From: Octopus sinensis
Taxonomy: Eukaryota
Assembly (NCBI RefSeq): GCF_006345805.1
Contig: NC_043026.1
Location: forward strand, 14,177,579 to 14,241,578
Reading direction: 5' to 3'
Length of the DNA: 64,000 nucleotides
In this document: positions 40,900 through 54,950 of the stretch, one piece after another
Layout of the letters: each line of letters begins with the position of its first letter
How positions within the stretch are numbered: position 1 is the stretch's first letter
The notes under the pieces: model-generated
The model's input: only the letters and a program-made list of their open reading frames with translations
The model's database searches: none
Told to the model about the DNA's origin: nothing
Made by a program: the position numbers and the translations under genes

Positions 40900-43030
40900 A
40901 CTCTTTTACTCTTTTACTTGTTTCAGTCATTTTGACTGCGGCCATACTGGAGCACCGCCTTTAGTCGAGCAAATCGACCCCAGGACTTATTCTTTTGTAA
41001 GCCCAGTACTTATTCTATCGGTCTCTTTTACTTGTTTCAGTCATTTGACTGCGACCATGCTGGAGCACCGCCTTTTAATCGAGCAAATCGACCCCAGGAC
41101 TTATTCTTTTGTAAGCCCAGTACTTATTCTATCGGTCTCTTTTACTTGTTTCAGTCATTTGACTGCGGCCATGCTGGAGCACCGCCTTTAGTCGAGCAAA
41201 CTCGACCCCGGGACTTAATCTTTTATAAGCCCAGTACTTATTCTATCGGTCTCTTTTGCCGAAACGCTAAGTGACGGGGACATAAACATACCAGCATCGG
41301 TTGTCAAGCAATGCTAGGGGGACAATCACAGACACACAATCACACACACGCATATATATATATATGCATATATACGACGGGCTTCTTTCAGTTTCCGTCT
41401 ACCAAATCCACTCACAAGGCATTGGTCGGCCCGAGGCTATAGTAGAAGACACTTGCCCCAGGTGCCACGCAGTGGGACTGAACCCGGAACCATGTGGTTG
41501 GTAAACAAGCTACTTACCACACAGCCACTCCTGCACACACATATATATATATACATATATACGATGGGCTTCTTTCAGTTTCCATCTACCAAATCCACTC
41601 ACAAGGCTTTGGTCGGCCCGAGGCTATAGTAGAAGACACTTGTCCAAGGTGCCACGCAGTGGGACTGAACCCGGAACCATGTGGTTTGTAAACAAGCTAC
41701 TTACCACACAGCCACTCCTGCACACACATATATATATATATACATATATACGATGGGCTTCTTTCAGTTTCCGTCTACCAAATCCACTCACAAGGCTTTG
41801 GTCGGCCCGAGGCTATAGTAGAAGACACTTGTCCAAGGTGCCACGCAGTGGGACTGAACCCGGAACCATGTGGTTTGTAAACAAGCTACTTACCACACAG
41901 CCACTCCTGCACACACATATATATATATATACATATATACGATGGGCTTCTTTCAGTTTCCGTCTACCAAATCCACTCACAAGGCTTTGGTCGGCCCGAG
42001 GCTATAGTAGAAGACACTTGCCCAAGGTGACACGCAGTGGGACTGAACCCGGAACCATGTGGTTTGTAAACAAGCTGCTTACCACACAGCCACTCCTGCA
42101 CACACATATATATATATACATATATACGATGGGCTTCTTTCAGTTTCCGTCTACCAAATCCACTCACAAGGCTTTGGTCGGCCCGAGGCTATAGTAGAAG
42201 ACACTTGTCCAAGGTGCCACGCAGTGGGACTGAACCCGGAACCATGTGGTTTGTAAACAAGCTACTTACCACACAGCCACTCCTGCACACACATATATAT
42301 ATATATACATATATACGATGGGCTTCTTTCAGTTTCCGTCTACCAAATCCACTCACAAGGCTTTGGTCGGCCCGAGGCTATAGTAGAAGACACTTGTCCA
42401 AGGTGCCACCCAGTGGGACTGAACCCGGAACCATGTGGTTTGTAAACAAGCTACTTACCACACAGCCACTCCTGCACACATATATATATATACATATATA
42501 CGATGGGCTTCTTTCAGTTTCCGTCTACCAAATCCACTCACAAGGCTTTGGTCGGCCCGAAGCTTTAGTAGAAGACACTTGTCCAAGGTGCCACGCAGTG
42601 GGACTGAACCCGGAACCATGTGGTTTGTAAACAAGCTACTTACCACACAGCCACTCCTGCACACATATATATATATATACATATATACGATGGGCTTCTT
42701 TCAGTTTCCGTCTACCAAATCCACTCACAAGGCTTTGGTCGGCCCGAGGCTATAGTAGAAGACACTTGTCCAAGGTGCCACGCAGTGGGACTGAACCCGG
42801 AACCATGTGGTTTGTAAACAAGCTACTTACCACACAGCCACTCCTGCACACATATATATATACATATATACGATGGGCTTCTTTCAGTTTCCATCTACCA
42901 AATCCACTCACAAGGTTTTGGTCGGCCCGAGGCTATAGCAGAAGACACTTGTCCAAGGTGCCTCGCAGTGGGACTGAACCCGGAACCATGTGGTTTGTAA
43001 GCAAGCTACTTACCACACAGCAACTCCTGC
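40900..43030 (-). repeat. SINE family C with nine tandem ~189-bp 5' modules (41370-43030) and a triplicated 3' module (40900-41255)
   Basis: ACGATGGGCTTCTTTCAG...CCACTCCTGC repeats at 41561, 41750 and onward. TTTTACTTGTTTCAGTCATTT...CTATCGGTCTC occurs three times. Confidence 0.9.
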
Positions 43031-43539
43031 ATACTAATATCACTTTCGAAAGGAAGTCGAAAAAGATTTTACTCCAGAGCTGTTGATGCGAAGAGCCTTA
43101 CGAGAACATTTCCTGCCATAGGCCCGGGCCTTCTTACTAGATTTAGTAGACGGAAACTGAGAGAATCCCGTTGAATCATCATCATAATTCCATCATCATC
43201 GTTTAACATCTGCCCTACATGGTGGCATGGGTTGCATGGTTTAACAAGAGCCAGTCAGGTAGAAGACATCCCCCGGCTACTGTCTCTGTTTTGGTATAGG
43301 TTTTAGGACTAGCGGCCGTTCAAACCGAAAAGTTCCCAAAAGTTTAAAATCTATATCAATTTGACGAAAACAATGAACAGAGTCTGGGAGCGAACCCGTG
43401 TCGTCGCCCTTTTGTGCATGTGCGTAAAATGGAAATCTAACACTTTAGGGCAGATTTCGTCAAATTGTGTTTGAGAAATAAAATGCGTTTACCTGTTTAA
43501 AATGTGAAACGCTGGGGAAATTAAAACAACGAATTGAAA

Positions 43540-44094
43540 GGATCTTTTCGGTTTGAACGGCAGTTTTTTCTAGCGGTGTCATATGAAATTGTCACCCATA
43601 ATTATGACACTAGAATCGATCTATTGCATTTCAATCTGTTTTAGGTTTAGGGGTGGGGGCAAGGGTATCTTTTTTTCTTCACAAATGTAAATGAACCCAA
43701 TCTGTTTCTTAAACGGGGGACATATTCATACGGCACAGAATGTTTTTTTACCTCAATAGACGTCAGTGATTGGTTGAAGTTGCAGAAATTGAAGAAAAAA
43801 AACCCAAATATCTTACAAACTATAGAATTTTCTCAAGAAAGCCAAGAGAAAAATGATGTTTTATAAACACATTCTACCAGTATACGAAGTTTAAAAGTGT
43901 TTAGTTACCTAGAAATTATGTTAAAAACTGCCGTTCAAACAGAAAAGATCCATATCTTACAAACTATAGAATTCTCTCAATAAAGCCAAGAAAAAAAGAT
44001 GTTTTATAAACACGTTCTACCAGTATACGAAGTTTAAAATTTTTTAGTTACCTAGAAATTATGTTAAAAACTGCCGTTCAAACAGAAAAGCTCC
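43540..44094. mobile_element. MITE with ~29-bp TIRs and a duplicated 143-bp right end
   Basis: GGATCTTTTCGGTTTGAACGGCAGTTTTT at 43540. The inverted copy ends at 43951 and again at 44094. Confidence 0.8.
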
Positions 44095-44363
44095 GACCCC
44101 ACCTCTCAGCGATCTTGCGTACAGCGGCTCTCTTTCAATAAACAAACATATTGTAAAAAAATGGAACGAACCGTCTGTTTTGATAAATAATCAGTTTTAA
44201 CTACATTAGCGACATCGATTCCAAGAGCAGTCACAATTTGAGAGCAACAAAAAGACATCTGTGAGTGCGTGTTTGTGTGTGTGTGTGTGTATGTCTATTT
44301 GTGTGTGTGTATGTCTATTTGTGTGTGTGTATGTGTGCGTGCGTGAGAGTGAGAGAGAGAGTA

Positions 44364-44394
<31 letters not shown>

Positions 44395-44419
44395 CAGAGT
44401 AAGGATGTATATATATATA

Positions 44420-45165
44420 TATTTCTTTATAGCCCACAAGGGGCTAAAACATAGAGGAGACAAACAAGGACAGACAAAGGGATTAAAGACGATTACATCG
44501 ACCCCAGTGCGAAACTGGTACTTTATTTATCGACCTCGAAAGGATGAAAGGCAAAGTCGACCTCGGCGGAATTTGAACTCAGAACGTAAAGACAGACGAA
44601 ATAACTTATTCTTTACTACCCACAAGGGGCTAAACACAAAGGTGACAAACAAGGACAAACAAAGGGATTAAAGTCGATTACATCGACCCCAGTGCGAAAC
44701 TGATACTTTATTTATCGACCCCGAAAGGATGAAACTCAAAGTCGACCTCGGCGGAATTTGAACTCAGAACGTAACAGTAGACGAGTATGGAAGTATATAT
44801 ATTTCTTTATTGCCCACAAGGGGCTAAACTTAGAGGAGACAAACAAGGACAGACAAAGGGATTAAAGACGATTACATCGACCCCAGTGCGAAACTGGTAC
44901 TTTATTTATCGACCCCGAAAGGATGAAAGGCAAAGTCGACCTCGGCGGAATTTGAACTCAGAACGTAAAGACAGACGAAATAACTTTTTCTTTACTACCC
45001 ACAAGGGGCTAAACACAAAGGTGACAAACAAGGACAGACAAAGGGATTAAAGTCGATTACATCGACCCCAGTGCGAAACTGGTACTTTATTTATCGGCCC
45101 CGAAAGGATGAAAGGCAAAGTCGACCTCGGCGGAATTTGATCTCAGAACGTAACAGCAGACGAGT
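44420..45165 (-). repeat. SINE family A tetramer organised as two dimers
   Basis: Four bodies, with alternating variants repeating at about 399 bp. Confidence 0.85.
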
Positions 45166-46340
45166 ATGGATGTATATAAAGATAGATAAAAAGATTGATA
45201 GAAATAAGTTATTTCTCGTTCAAATTCCTTCTTTCAATACATGACTGGGCACAGTCATAGAGAAGTTAATGTCTCTTAAACTTGCCCCGCGAGCAAGTAG
45301 AGACTTTCGTGCAGTCGCTTCCCAGTCAGAGGAAAGGCGTTCAAAACTCTCGTGGATGGATGGAAGCACTCCGTCGGTTACGACGACGAGGGTTCCTGTT
45401 GATCCGAATCAACGGAACAGCCTGCTCGTGAAATTAACGTGTAAGTGGCTGAGCACTCCACAGACACGTGCACCCTTAACGTAGTTCTCGGGGATATTCA
45501 GCGCGACACAGAGAGTGACAAGCCCGGCCCCTTGAAATACAGGTACAACAGAAACAGGAAGTAAGAGTGAGAGAAAGTTGTGGTGAAAGAGTACAGCAGG
45601 GATCACCACCATCCCCTGCCGGAGCCTCGTGGAGCTTTAGGTGTTTTCGCTCAATAAACACTCACAACGCCCGGTCTGGGAATCGAAGCCGCGATCCTAT
45701 GACCGCGAGTCCGCTGCCCTAACCACTGGGCCATTGCGCCTCCACTCTCGTGGATACGGATTGTACAACGGTCTGAGGGTGGTAAAAAAATGAAAGGAGA
45801 TGGCTGTGTGGTAAGTAGCTTGCTAACCAACCACATGGTTCCGGGTTCAGTCCCACTGCGTGGCATCTTGGGCAAGTGTCTTCTGCTATAGCCCCGGGCC
45901 GACCAATGCCTTGTGAGTGGATTTGGTAGACGGAAACTGAAAAGAAGCCCGTCGTATGTATGTATATATATATATATGCGTGTGTGTGTTTGTGTGAGTG
46001 TGTTTGTCCCCCTGGCATTGCTTGACAACCGATGCTGGTGTGTTTATGTCCCCGTTACTTAGCGGTTCGGCAAAAGAGACCGATAGAATAAGTACTGGGC
46101 TTACAAAAGAATAAGTCCCGGGGTCGAGTTTGCTCGATTAAAGGCGGTGCTCCAGCATGGCCGCAGTCAAATGACTGAAACAAGTAAAAGAGTGTTCGGG
46201 CGTTCGTTGGCAGTGAAATTAGATGTAATGGTAGCAGCGAAGTGGAGATAGCTATGCGGGGCACAACACTGAGGCTGCAGGCGATTGTGATTGCCATTGT
46301 GGTAGACGGAATTGGTGTGGTGATGGGCATAGGCACATAA

Positions 46341-48312
46341 AGGCGGCGATGTGGCAGGTCGGGCGAAATGCTTAGTGGTATTTCGTCTGCCGCTACGCTC
46401 TGAGTTCTGAGTTCAAATTCCGCCGAGGTCGACTTTGCCTTTCATCCTTTCGGGGTCGATAAATTAAGTACCAGTTACGCACTGGGGTCGATACAATCGA
46501 CTTAGTCTGTTTGTCTGTCTTTGTTTGTCTCCTCTGTGTTTAGCCCCTTGTGGGTAATAAAGAAATAGGTATTTCGTCTGCCGCTACGCTCTGAGTTCAA
46601 ATTCCGCCGAGGTCGACTTTGCCTTTCATCCTTTCGGGGTCGATTAAATAAGTACCAGTTACGCACTGGGGTCGATGTAATCGACTTAATACCTATGTCT
46701 GTCCTTGTTTGTCCCCTCTGTGTTTAGCCCCTTGTGGGTAATAAAGAAATAGGTATTTCGTCTGCCGCTACGCTCTGAGTTCAAATTCCGCCGAGGTCGA
46801 CTTTGCCTTTCATCCTTTCGGGGTCGATTAAATAAGTACCAGTTACGCACTGGGGTCGATGTAATCGACTTAATACCTATGTCTGTCCTTGTTTGTCCCC
46901 TCTGTGTTTAGCCCCTTGTGGTAATAAAGAAATAGTATTTCGTCTGCCGCTACGCTCTAAGTTCAATTCCGCCGAGGTTCCTTTGCCTTTCATCCTTCGG
47001 GGTCGATTAATAAGTACCAGTTACGCAATGGGGTCGATGTAATCGACTTAACCCTATGTCTGTCCTTGTTTGTCCTGTCTGTGTTTAGCCCCTTGTGTGT
47101 AATAAAGAAATAGGTATTTGTCTGCCGCTACGCTGAGTTCAAATTCCGCCGAGGTCGACTTTGACTTTCATCTTTTCGGGGTCGATTAAACAAGTACCAG
47201 TTACGCACTGGGGTCGATGTAATCGACTTAATACCTATGTCTGTCCTTGTTTGTCCCCTCTTGTTTAGAGCCCCTTGTGGGTAGTAAAGATAGGTATTTC
47301 GTCTGCCTCTACGCTCTGAGTTCAAATTCCGCCGAGGTCGATTCTGCCTTTCATCCTTTCGGGGTCGATTAAATAAGTACCAGTTACGCACTGGGGTCGA
47401 TGTAATCGACTTAATACCTATGTCTGTCCTTGTTTGTCCCCTCTGTGTTTAGCCCCTTGTGGGTAGTAAAGAAATAGGTATTTCGTCTGCCGCTACGCTC
47501 TGAGTTCAAATTCCGCCGAGGTCGACTTTGCCTTTCATCCTTTCGGGGTTGATTAAATAAGTACCAGTTACGTACTGGGGTCGATACAATCGACTTAGTC
47601 CGTTTGTCTGTCTTTGTTTGTCCTCTCTTGTTTAGCCCCTTATGGGTAATAAAGAAATAGGTATTTCGTCTGCCGCTACGCTCTGAGTTCAAATTCCGCC
47701 GAGGTCGACTTTGCCTTTCATCCTTTCGGGGTTGATTAAATAAGTACCAGTTACGTACTGGGTCGATACAATCGACTTAGTCCGTTTGTCTGTCTTTGTT
47801 TGTCCTTCTGTGTTTAGCCCCTTATGGGTAATAAAGAAATAGGTATTTCGTCTGCCGCTACGCTCTGAGTTCAAATTCCGCCGAGGTCGACTTTGCCTTT
47901 CATCCTTTCGGGGTTGATTAAATAAGTACCAGTTACGCACAGGGGTCAATGTAATCGACTTAATACCTATGTCTGTCCTTGTTTGTCCCTTCTATGTTTA
48001 GCCCCTTGTGGGTAATAAAGAAATGGGTATTTCGTCTGCCGCTACGCTCTGAGTTCAAATTCCGCCGAGGTCGACTTTGCCTTTCATCCTTTCGGGGTCG
48101 ATAAATTAAGTACCAGTTACGCACTGGGGTCGATGTAATCGACTTAATCCCTTTGTCTGTCCTTGTTTGTCCCCTCTGTGTGTAGCCCCCTGTGGGTAAT
48201 AAAGAAATAGGTATTTCGTCTGCCTCTACGCTCTGAGTTCAAATTCCGCCGAGGTCGACTTTGCCTTTCATCCTTTCGGGGTCGATTAAATAAGTACCAG
48301 TTACGCACTGAG
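46341..48312 (+). repeat. SINE family A array, about eleven 184-bp units with one head
   Basis: Junction AAAGAAATAGGTATTTCGTCTG at 46568, 46752 and onward. Confidence 0.9.
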
Positions 48313-48650
48313 GTCGTAGGAGAAGGAGATGGCTGCAGTGTAGCGGTGGTGAGGTCGTCCTGGAAATCGGAAGTGTCGAAGTGCTGACGCAGCTCGGCTC
48401 TGAAAAGCAAAGTATTACAACCACAAGAACGAGGCGCAGTGCTAAGAGACTGAAAACTGGTTCCGAGGTTGGTTTGAATCGTATTCTCTTTCTCGCATTA
48501 CAGTTCCCTCACATTAACAGACGTTTATTTGTACTATATCTCTATTGATTTGTGTTTATCAGCGTAAATTCAAAAGATAAGCAAATACACACACACACAC
48601 GCACAGGCACAAGCACAAGAACGTACATTCTTATCTACATGTGTGTGTGT

Positions 48651-48682
<32 letters not shown>

Positions 48683-48837
48683 CTGTCTGTCTGTGTGTGT
48701 GTGTGTATGTGTGTGTGTGTGGTGTGTGTGTGTGTGTCTTAGAAATAGAGAAAACTAAATAGACATTAAGAAAGTGTAGTGGTAGGAGTTACAAATAGAA
48801 TAATATATATATATATATATACATATATATATAATAT

Positions 48838-48888
<51 letters not shown>

Positions 48889-49344
48889 TATACACATATA
48901 TATATATGTATGTATATATATATAAAAGAAAGATGTAGATGAAAAATAAGTAATATCTTAGCAAAACTTACGATGAGTAGCTTAATCGGTTGGAAGAAAA
49001 AAATTGAACTTTTTCCAAGACAGATTTATAACAACTGAAGACTTTTAATTTATATCTGCAGAAGACGACGAAAGCGCAACATTCGAATTTACAAAAATAC
49101 TCCGTCGTTTCTGAAGGTAACGCTGAAATTATCCTACTTTTGACCGTATGTTACAAATATCATGTAAAAAGCGCAGGCTTTCCAAAAAAAAAAAAATGAC
49201 TCTCTTCGCTAAGCTCGATGTGGTTGTCAGTTTAGTCGTCGACGACCCGAACATGCGACTGGTTGTTACTATCTCTTTGTTTGTCTCTACTGCTGATGTC
49301 TTTGTTTGTTTTTGCTTGTGGTGCTCTTTCTAGACGTATACATG

Positions 49345-50030
49345 TTGCCCGGGCGAAATCCGTAGCCGTTATTCGTCTGCCGTTACGTTCTGAGTTCAAA
49401 TTCCGCCGAGGTCGATTCTGCCTTTCATCCTTTCGGGGTCGATAAATTAAGCACCAGTTACACACTGGGGTCGATATAATCGACTTAATCCCTTTGTCTG
49501 TCCTTGTTTGTCCCCTCAGTGTGTAGCCCCTTGTGGGTAGTAAAGAAATAGGTATTTCGCCTGCCGTTACGTTCTGAGTTCAAATTCCGCCGAGGTCGAT
49601 TCTGCCTTTCATCCTTTCGGGGTCGATAAATTAAGCACCAGTTACACACTGGGGTCGATATAATCGACTTAATCCCTTTGTCTGTCCTTGTTTGTCCCCT
49701 CAGTGTGTAGCCCCTTGTGGGTAGTAAAGAAATAGGTATTTCGCCTGCCGTTACGCTCTAAGTTCAAATTCCGCCGAAGTCGACTTTGCCTTCCATCCTT
49801 TCGGGGTCGATAAATTAAGCACCAGTTATGCACTGGGGTCGATATAATCGACTTAATCCGTTTGTCTGTCCTTGTTTATCCCCTCTGTGTTTAGCCCCTT
49901 GTGGGTAGTAAAGAAATATATATTATCATTACTACTATTCAAATTCTGCCGAGGTGGACTTTAATCCTTTCGGGGTCGATAAATTAAGTACTAGGTACGC
50001 ACTGGGGTCGATGTAATTGACTTAATCCCA
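49345..50030 (+). repeat. SINE family A array, 3-4 units
   Basis: Same bodies and junction as the other arrays. Confidence 0.85.
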
Positions 50031-50150
50031 GAGTGGTAAAAAGTGACACATTGAGCAAGTGTCTTCTGCTATAGTCTCCGGCCGATTACAACCTTGTGGT
50101 TGGATTTCGTAGATGGAAACTGAAAACAACCTATCGTATATATAAATGTG

Positions 50151-50234
<84 letters not shown>

Positions 50235-50462
50235 TTGTTCTTTGCCCCACCGCCGCTTAACAACCGCTTAACGTAGCGGTTCGGCAAAAGCGGAAGAAAA
50301 AGTACTAAACTTTAAAAGAATACGACCCGGGGGTCGAGTTGTACGGCGAAAAGCCTTCGAGGTGGTGCCCCAGCATGGCCACAGTCAGATGACTGAAACA
50401 AGATAAAAGTCAAACGATAAAGGTACATACATACACACACACACATATATATAAATATATAC

Positions 50463-50493
<31 letters not shown>

Positions 50494-50504
50494 CATACAT
50501 ACAC

Positions 50505-50538
<34 letters not shown>

Positions 50539-51132
50539 TTCTTTACTACCCACAAGGGGCTAAACACAGAGGGGACAAACAAGGACAGACAAACGGATTA
50601 AGTCGATTATATCGACCCCAATGCGCAACTGGTACTTAATTTATCGACCCCGAGAGGATGAAAGGCTAAGTCGACCTCGGCGGAATTTGAACCCAGGACG
50701 TAGCGGCAGACGAAATGCGGCTACGCATTTCGCCCGGCGTGCTAACGATTCTACCAGCTCAAATATATATATATATATATACGTGGAGGCGTAATGGCCC
50801 AGTGGTTAGGGCAGCGGACTCGCGATCGTAGAATCGTCGTTTCGATTCCCAGACTAAGCGTCGCGAGTGTTTATTGAGCGAAAACACCTAAAGCTCCACG
50901 AAGCTCTGGCAGGAGGTTGTGGCGGACCCTGCTGTACCCTCTCACTCCTGATTCTGTTGTAGTTCAAAGGGCCAGCCTCGTCACACTGAGCCTCCCCGAG
51001 AACAACATTAAGAGCACACGTGTCTGTGGAGTATTCAGCCGCTTGCGCGTTAATTTCACGAGCAGGTTGTTCTGTTGATTGGATCATCTGGGACGCTCGT
51101 CGTCGAAATCGACGGAATGTCACGACGATATA

Positions 51133-51510
51133 TCTTTATATATAAAAGTGAAGTTGTGTCTGTCTCCTACGATTTAGATTCCTAACTACTCCCACATTTT
51201 GCGGTGCAGTTTAACCAAAACCGGGTATCTTATAGTCGTGATTCATATCAAGCCCTTCTGGGTATTAGCGCGCGTCTACGATGAGTCTACGATTTAAAAA
51301 AAAAATTGCCATCATTTTTTTCCCTATTATATAAGGGAAGTAACTCTCTAAAAATGTCTACGATGAGTCAACGATTTTTAAAATAATTTACCATAAATTT
51401 TTTCCCATTTTTAATGCATTTTTTTTGCTATTTTTTTGCTATAACTCTCTAAAAATGCTTATATAGTTATTTCCCTTACAAACCCGAGCAACGCCGGGCG
51501 ATACTGCTAG
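51133..51510 (+). mobile_element. Non-autonomous Helitron, family H2, shorter internal variant
   Basis: A|TCTTTATATATAAA ... CCCGAGCAACGCCGGGCGATACTGCTAG|T. Confidence 0.85.
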
Positions 51511-52501
51511 TATATATATACACATGAAGTTCCTAGCCATATTAGATTTCAAAATATCCCCACCCATTTCTTGTATCTTTCATGATGTACCAGTCTCCGT
51601 AATTTTTAATTGTTTGAAATCTGCACTCCTGATAATATACATGTTTATATATTTGTGTGAGTGCGTGCATGTGTGTGTGTGTGTGTGTGTGTATGTGTGT
51701 GTGTTTGTGAGTGCGTGCATGCGTGTGTGTCAGTGCATGCGTGTGTGCGTGCGTGTGTGTGTTTGCGCACGTGTGTGTGCGCGCGTGTGTATGTGTGTGT
51801 GTGAGTGCGTGCATGTGCGTGTGTGTATGTGTGTGTGTGCGTGCATGTTTGTGTGTGCGTGAGTGCATGTGTGTTTGCGTACGTGTGTGTGCGCGCGTGT
51901 GTATGTGTGTGCGTGAGTGCATGTGTGTGTTTGCGCACGTGTGTGTGCGCGCGTGTGTATGTGGGTGCGTGTGAGTGCGTGCATGTGTGTCCGTGTGTGT
52001 GTTTGTGTGAGTGCGTACATGTGTGTGTGTGTGCGTGTGTGCGCGCGCGTGTGTGTGCGCACGCGTATAATTGTCATTGCGTGAGCTAATAATTTCGAGC
52101 TTATGTACATTACTGATTTTTCTCAGCCAGAATGATTAACAATGTACACTACGACCTCGAAGCATTCAGACGAAGGCCATCAATAAAACTATGGTCAGAT
52201 GAGTAATGAACTGGTCCAGTTTAAAAACACCAGCCAGCATGTATTTGGTTTGATGTATGTGTATAGTGGTTAAATGTGTGTATCCGGTGAACAGGTGCAA
52301 AAGGAGTGTGTATGCCTTTGAAGTAAACAAATGAATGACATTGATTCATAGTTCAAAAATCATTTATTCACTGGACTTATTTGTCGTAGGTACACGTAAT
52401 TCTTCACTACATGCAAAAATGTTGACAACTGCCACGAGTTGCTAGAAATAGAAACAGGGTACATCTGTGGAAGAGATGGGTCGGAATTGAATATGTTTGA
52501 A

Positions 52502-53788
52502 GGCGGTGAGTTGGCCGAAACGTTAAGCAAGCCGGGCGAAATGTGTAGCCGTATTTCGTCTGTCGCTACGTTCTGAGTTCTGATTTCTGAGTTCAAATTC
52601 CGACGAGGTCGACTTTGCCTTTCATCCTTTCGGGGTCGATAAATTAAGTTCCAGTTACGCACAGGGGTCGATGTAATCGACTTAATCCCTTTGTCTGTCC
52701 TTGTTTGTCCCCTCTGTGTTTAGCCCCTTGTGGGCAATAAAGAAATAAGAAACGTTAGCAAGCCGGGCGAAATGCGTAGCCGTATTTCGTCTGTCGCTAC
52801 GTTCTGAGTTCTGAGTTCAAATTCCGACGAGGTCGACTTTGCCTTTCATCCTTTCGGGGTCGATAAATTAAGTTCCAGTTACGCACTGGGATCGATGTAA
52901 TCGACTTAATCCCTTTGTCTGTCCTTGTTTGTCCCCTCTGTGTTTAGCCCCTTGTGGGCAATAAAGAAATAAGAAACGTTAGCAAGCCGGGCGAAATGCG
53001 TAGCCGTATTTCGTCTGTCGCTACGTTCTGAGTTCTGAGTTCAAATTCCGACGAGGTCGACTTTGCCTTTCATCCTTTCGGGGTCGATAAATTAAGTTCC
53101 AGTTACGCACTGGGGTCGATGTAATCGACTTAATCCCTTTGTCTGTCCTTGTTTGTCCCCTCTGTGTTTAGCCCCTTGTGGGCAATAAAGAAATAAGAAA
53201 CGTTAGCAAGCCGGGCGAAATGCGTAGCCGTATTTCGTCTGTCGCTACGTTCTGAGTTCTGAGTTCAAATTCCGACGAGGTTGACTTTGCCTTTCATCCT
53301 TTCAGGGTCGATAAATTAAGTTCCAGTTACGCACTGGGGTCGATGTAATCGACTTAATCCCTTTGTCTGTCCTTGTTTGTCCCCTCTGTGTTTAGCCCGT
53401 TGTGGGCAATAAAGAAATAAGAAACGTTAGCAAGCCGGGCGAAATGCGTAGCCGTATTTCGTCTGTCGCTACGTTCTGAGTTCTGAGTTCAAATTCCGAC
53501 GAGGTCGACTTTGCCTTTCATCCTTTCGGGGTCGATAAATTAAGTTCCAGTTACGCACTGGGGTCGATGTAATCGACTTAATCCCTTTGTCTATCCTTGT
53601 TTGTCCCCTCTATGTTTAGCCCCTTGTGGGCAATAAAGAAATAAGAAACGTTAGCAAGCCGGGCGAAATGCGTAGCCGTATTTCGTCTGTCGCTACGTTC
53701 TAAGTTCTGAGTTCAAATTCCGCCGAGGTCGACTTTGCCTTTCATCCTTTCGGGGTCGATAAATTAAGTACCAGTTACGTACTGGGGT
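52502..53788 (+). repeat. SINE family A array of 224-bp units, about six
   Basis: GAAACGTTAGCAAGCC at 52749, 52973 and onward. The units share a private TTCTGAG duplication. Confidence 0.9.
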
Positions 53789-54950
53789 TTAAAAGTAGTA
53801 TCGATCATTATGCCGAGATCCTTTTCTTCAGTGACCATCTTAAGATGTTGGTGTTGGAGGCCAATAGTCAAGGGAGTGTTTGGAGGTGAACCTATTGGCA
53901 AATGGCTGCATTTAGAAGCGTCCGAGAGCAGATTCCATTCTTCCGCCCAATTCCAAGCTCGGTTCAGCGACGATTGGAGTAATTCGTATTGATTCCTAGG
54001 CGAGACAGATTTGACGTCGTCTGCAAATAGGAGGACTCTTCCATCAAGGAAATCTGGCAGGTCGTTGATATAGAGAAGGAAAAGTATTGGCTCCAGTACC
54101 AACCCCTGGTGAACACCGCTTCAGGCATTCGTCTCAGCGGAGATATCTCCTGTTATCTGCACCGGAAAGGTTCGATGGTTCAGGAAGGAAGAAATCCACG
54201 AAGTCACCAATGGGTGAATCTTGTATGCTTGAAGTTTGTGCAAGAGACGTCGGTGATTAACGGAGTGAAACGCCTTTGCGAAGTCCACCGAGTCCTTTTC
54301 ATCCATGGTGCTTGTAAGCTACTCTTCAAGGCGGAGAAGATTTGTTAGGCAAGTTCTTCGGGGTAGAAATCCATGCTGCCAGTCGGATATAGCATTTGAA
54401 ATAAGGAGATGGCCCATGAGAAATTACTTGTTGATGGTATCGATGGAAGGCGGCGAGCTGGCAGAAACGTTAGCACGCCGGGCGAAATGCTCAGCGGTAT
54501 TTCGTCTGCTGCTACGTTCTGAATTCAAATTCCACCGAGGTCGACTTTGCCCTTCATCCTTTCGGGGTCGATAAATTAAGTACCAGTTACGCACTGGGGT
54601 CGATCTAATGGACTTAATACCTATGTCTGTCCTTGTTTGTCCCCTCTATGTTTGGCCCCTTGTGGGTAATAAAGAAATAGGTATTTCGTCTGCTGCTACG
54701 TTCTGAGTTCAAATTCCACCGAGGTCGATTTTGCCCTTCATCCTTTCGGAGTCGATTAAATAAGTACCAGTTACGCACTGGGGTCGATGTAATCGACTTA
54801 ATCCGTTTGTCTGTTCTTGTTTGTCCTCTCTGTGTGTAGCCCCTTGTGGGTAGTAAAGAAAAAGGTATCGATGGATTTGCAGAGGATGGATGTCAGACTG
54901 ACCGGTCGATAATTAAGGGGTGTCTTCCTTACTGCCCTTTTTGAATATTG
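53789..54950 (-). mobile_element. CR1-like LINE RT fragment interrupted by a family A SINE dimer (54448-54863)
   Basis: NYRPVSLTSILCK, DFAKAFHSVNH, PILFLLYINDL..LFADDVK, KDLGIMID. The SINE is flanked by TSD GGTATCGATGGA at 54436-54447 and 54864-54875. Confidence 0.85.

Noticed and set aside
41640-43086. Repeated ORFs such as SKVPRSGTEPGTMW, RNWYLFNRPRKDERQ and VVIPAVLFHHNF
   Set aside because: They are incidental frames in non-coding SINE copies.
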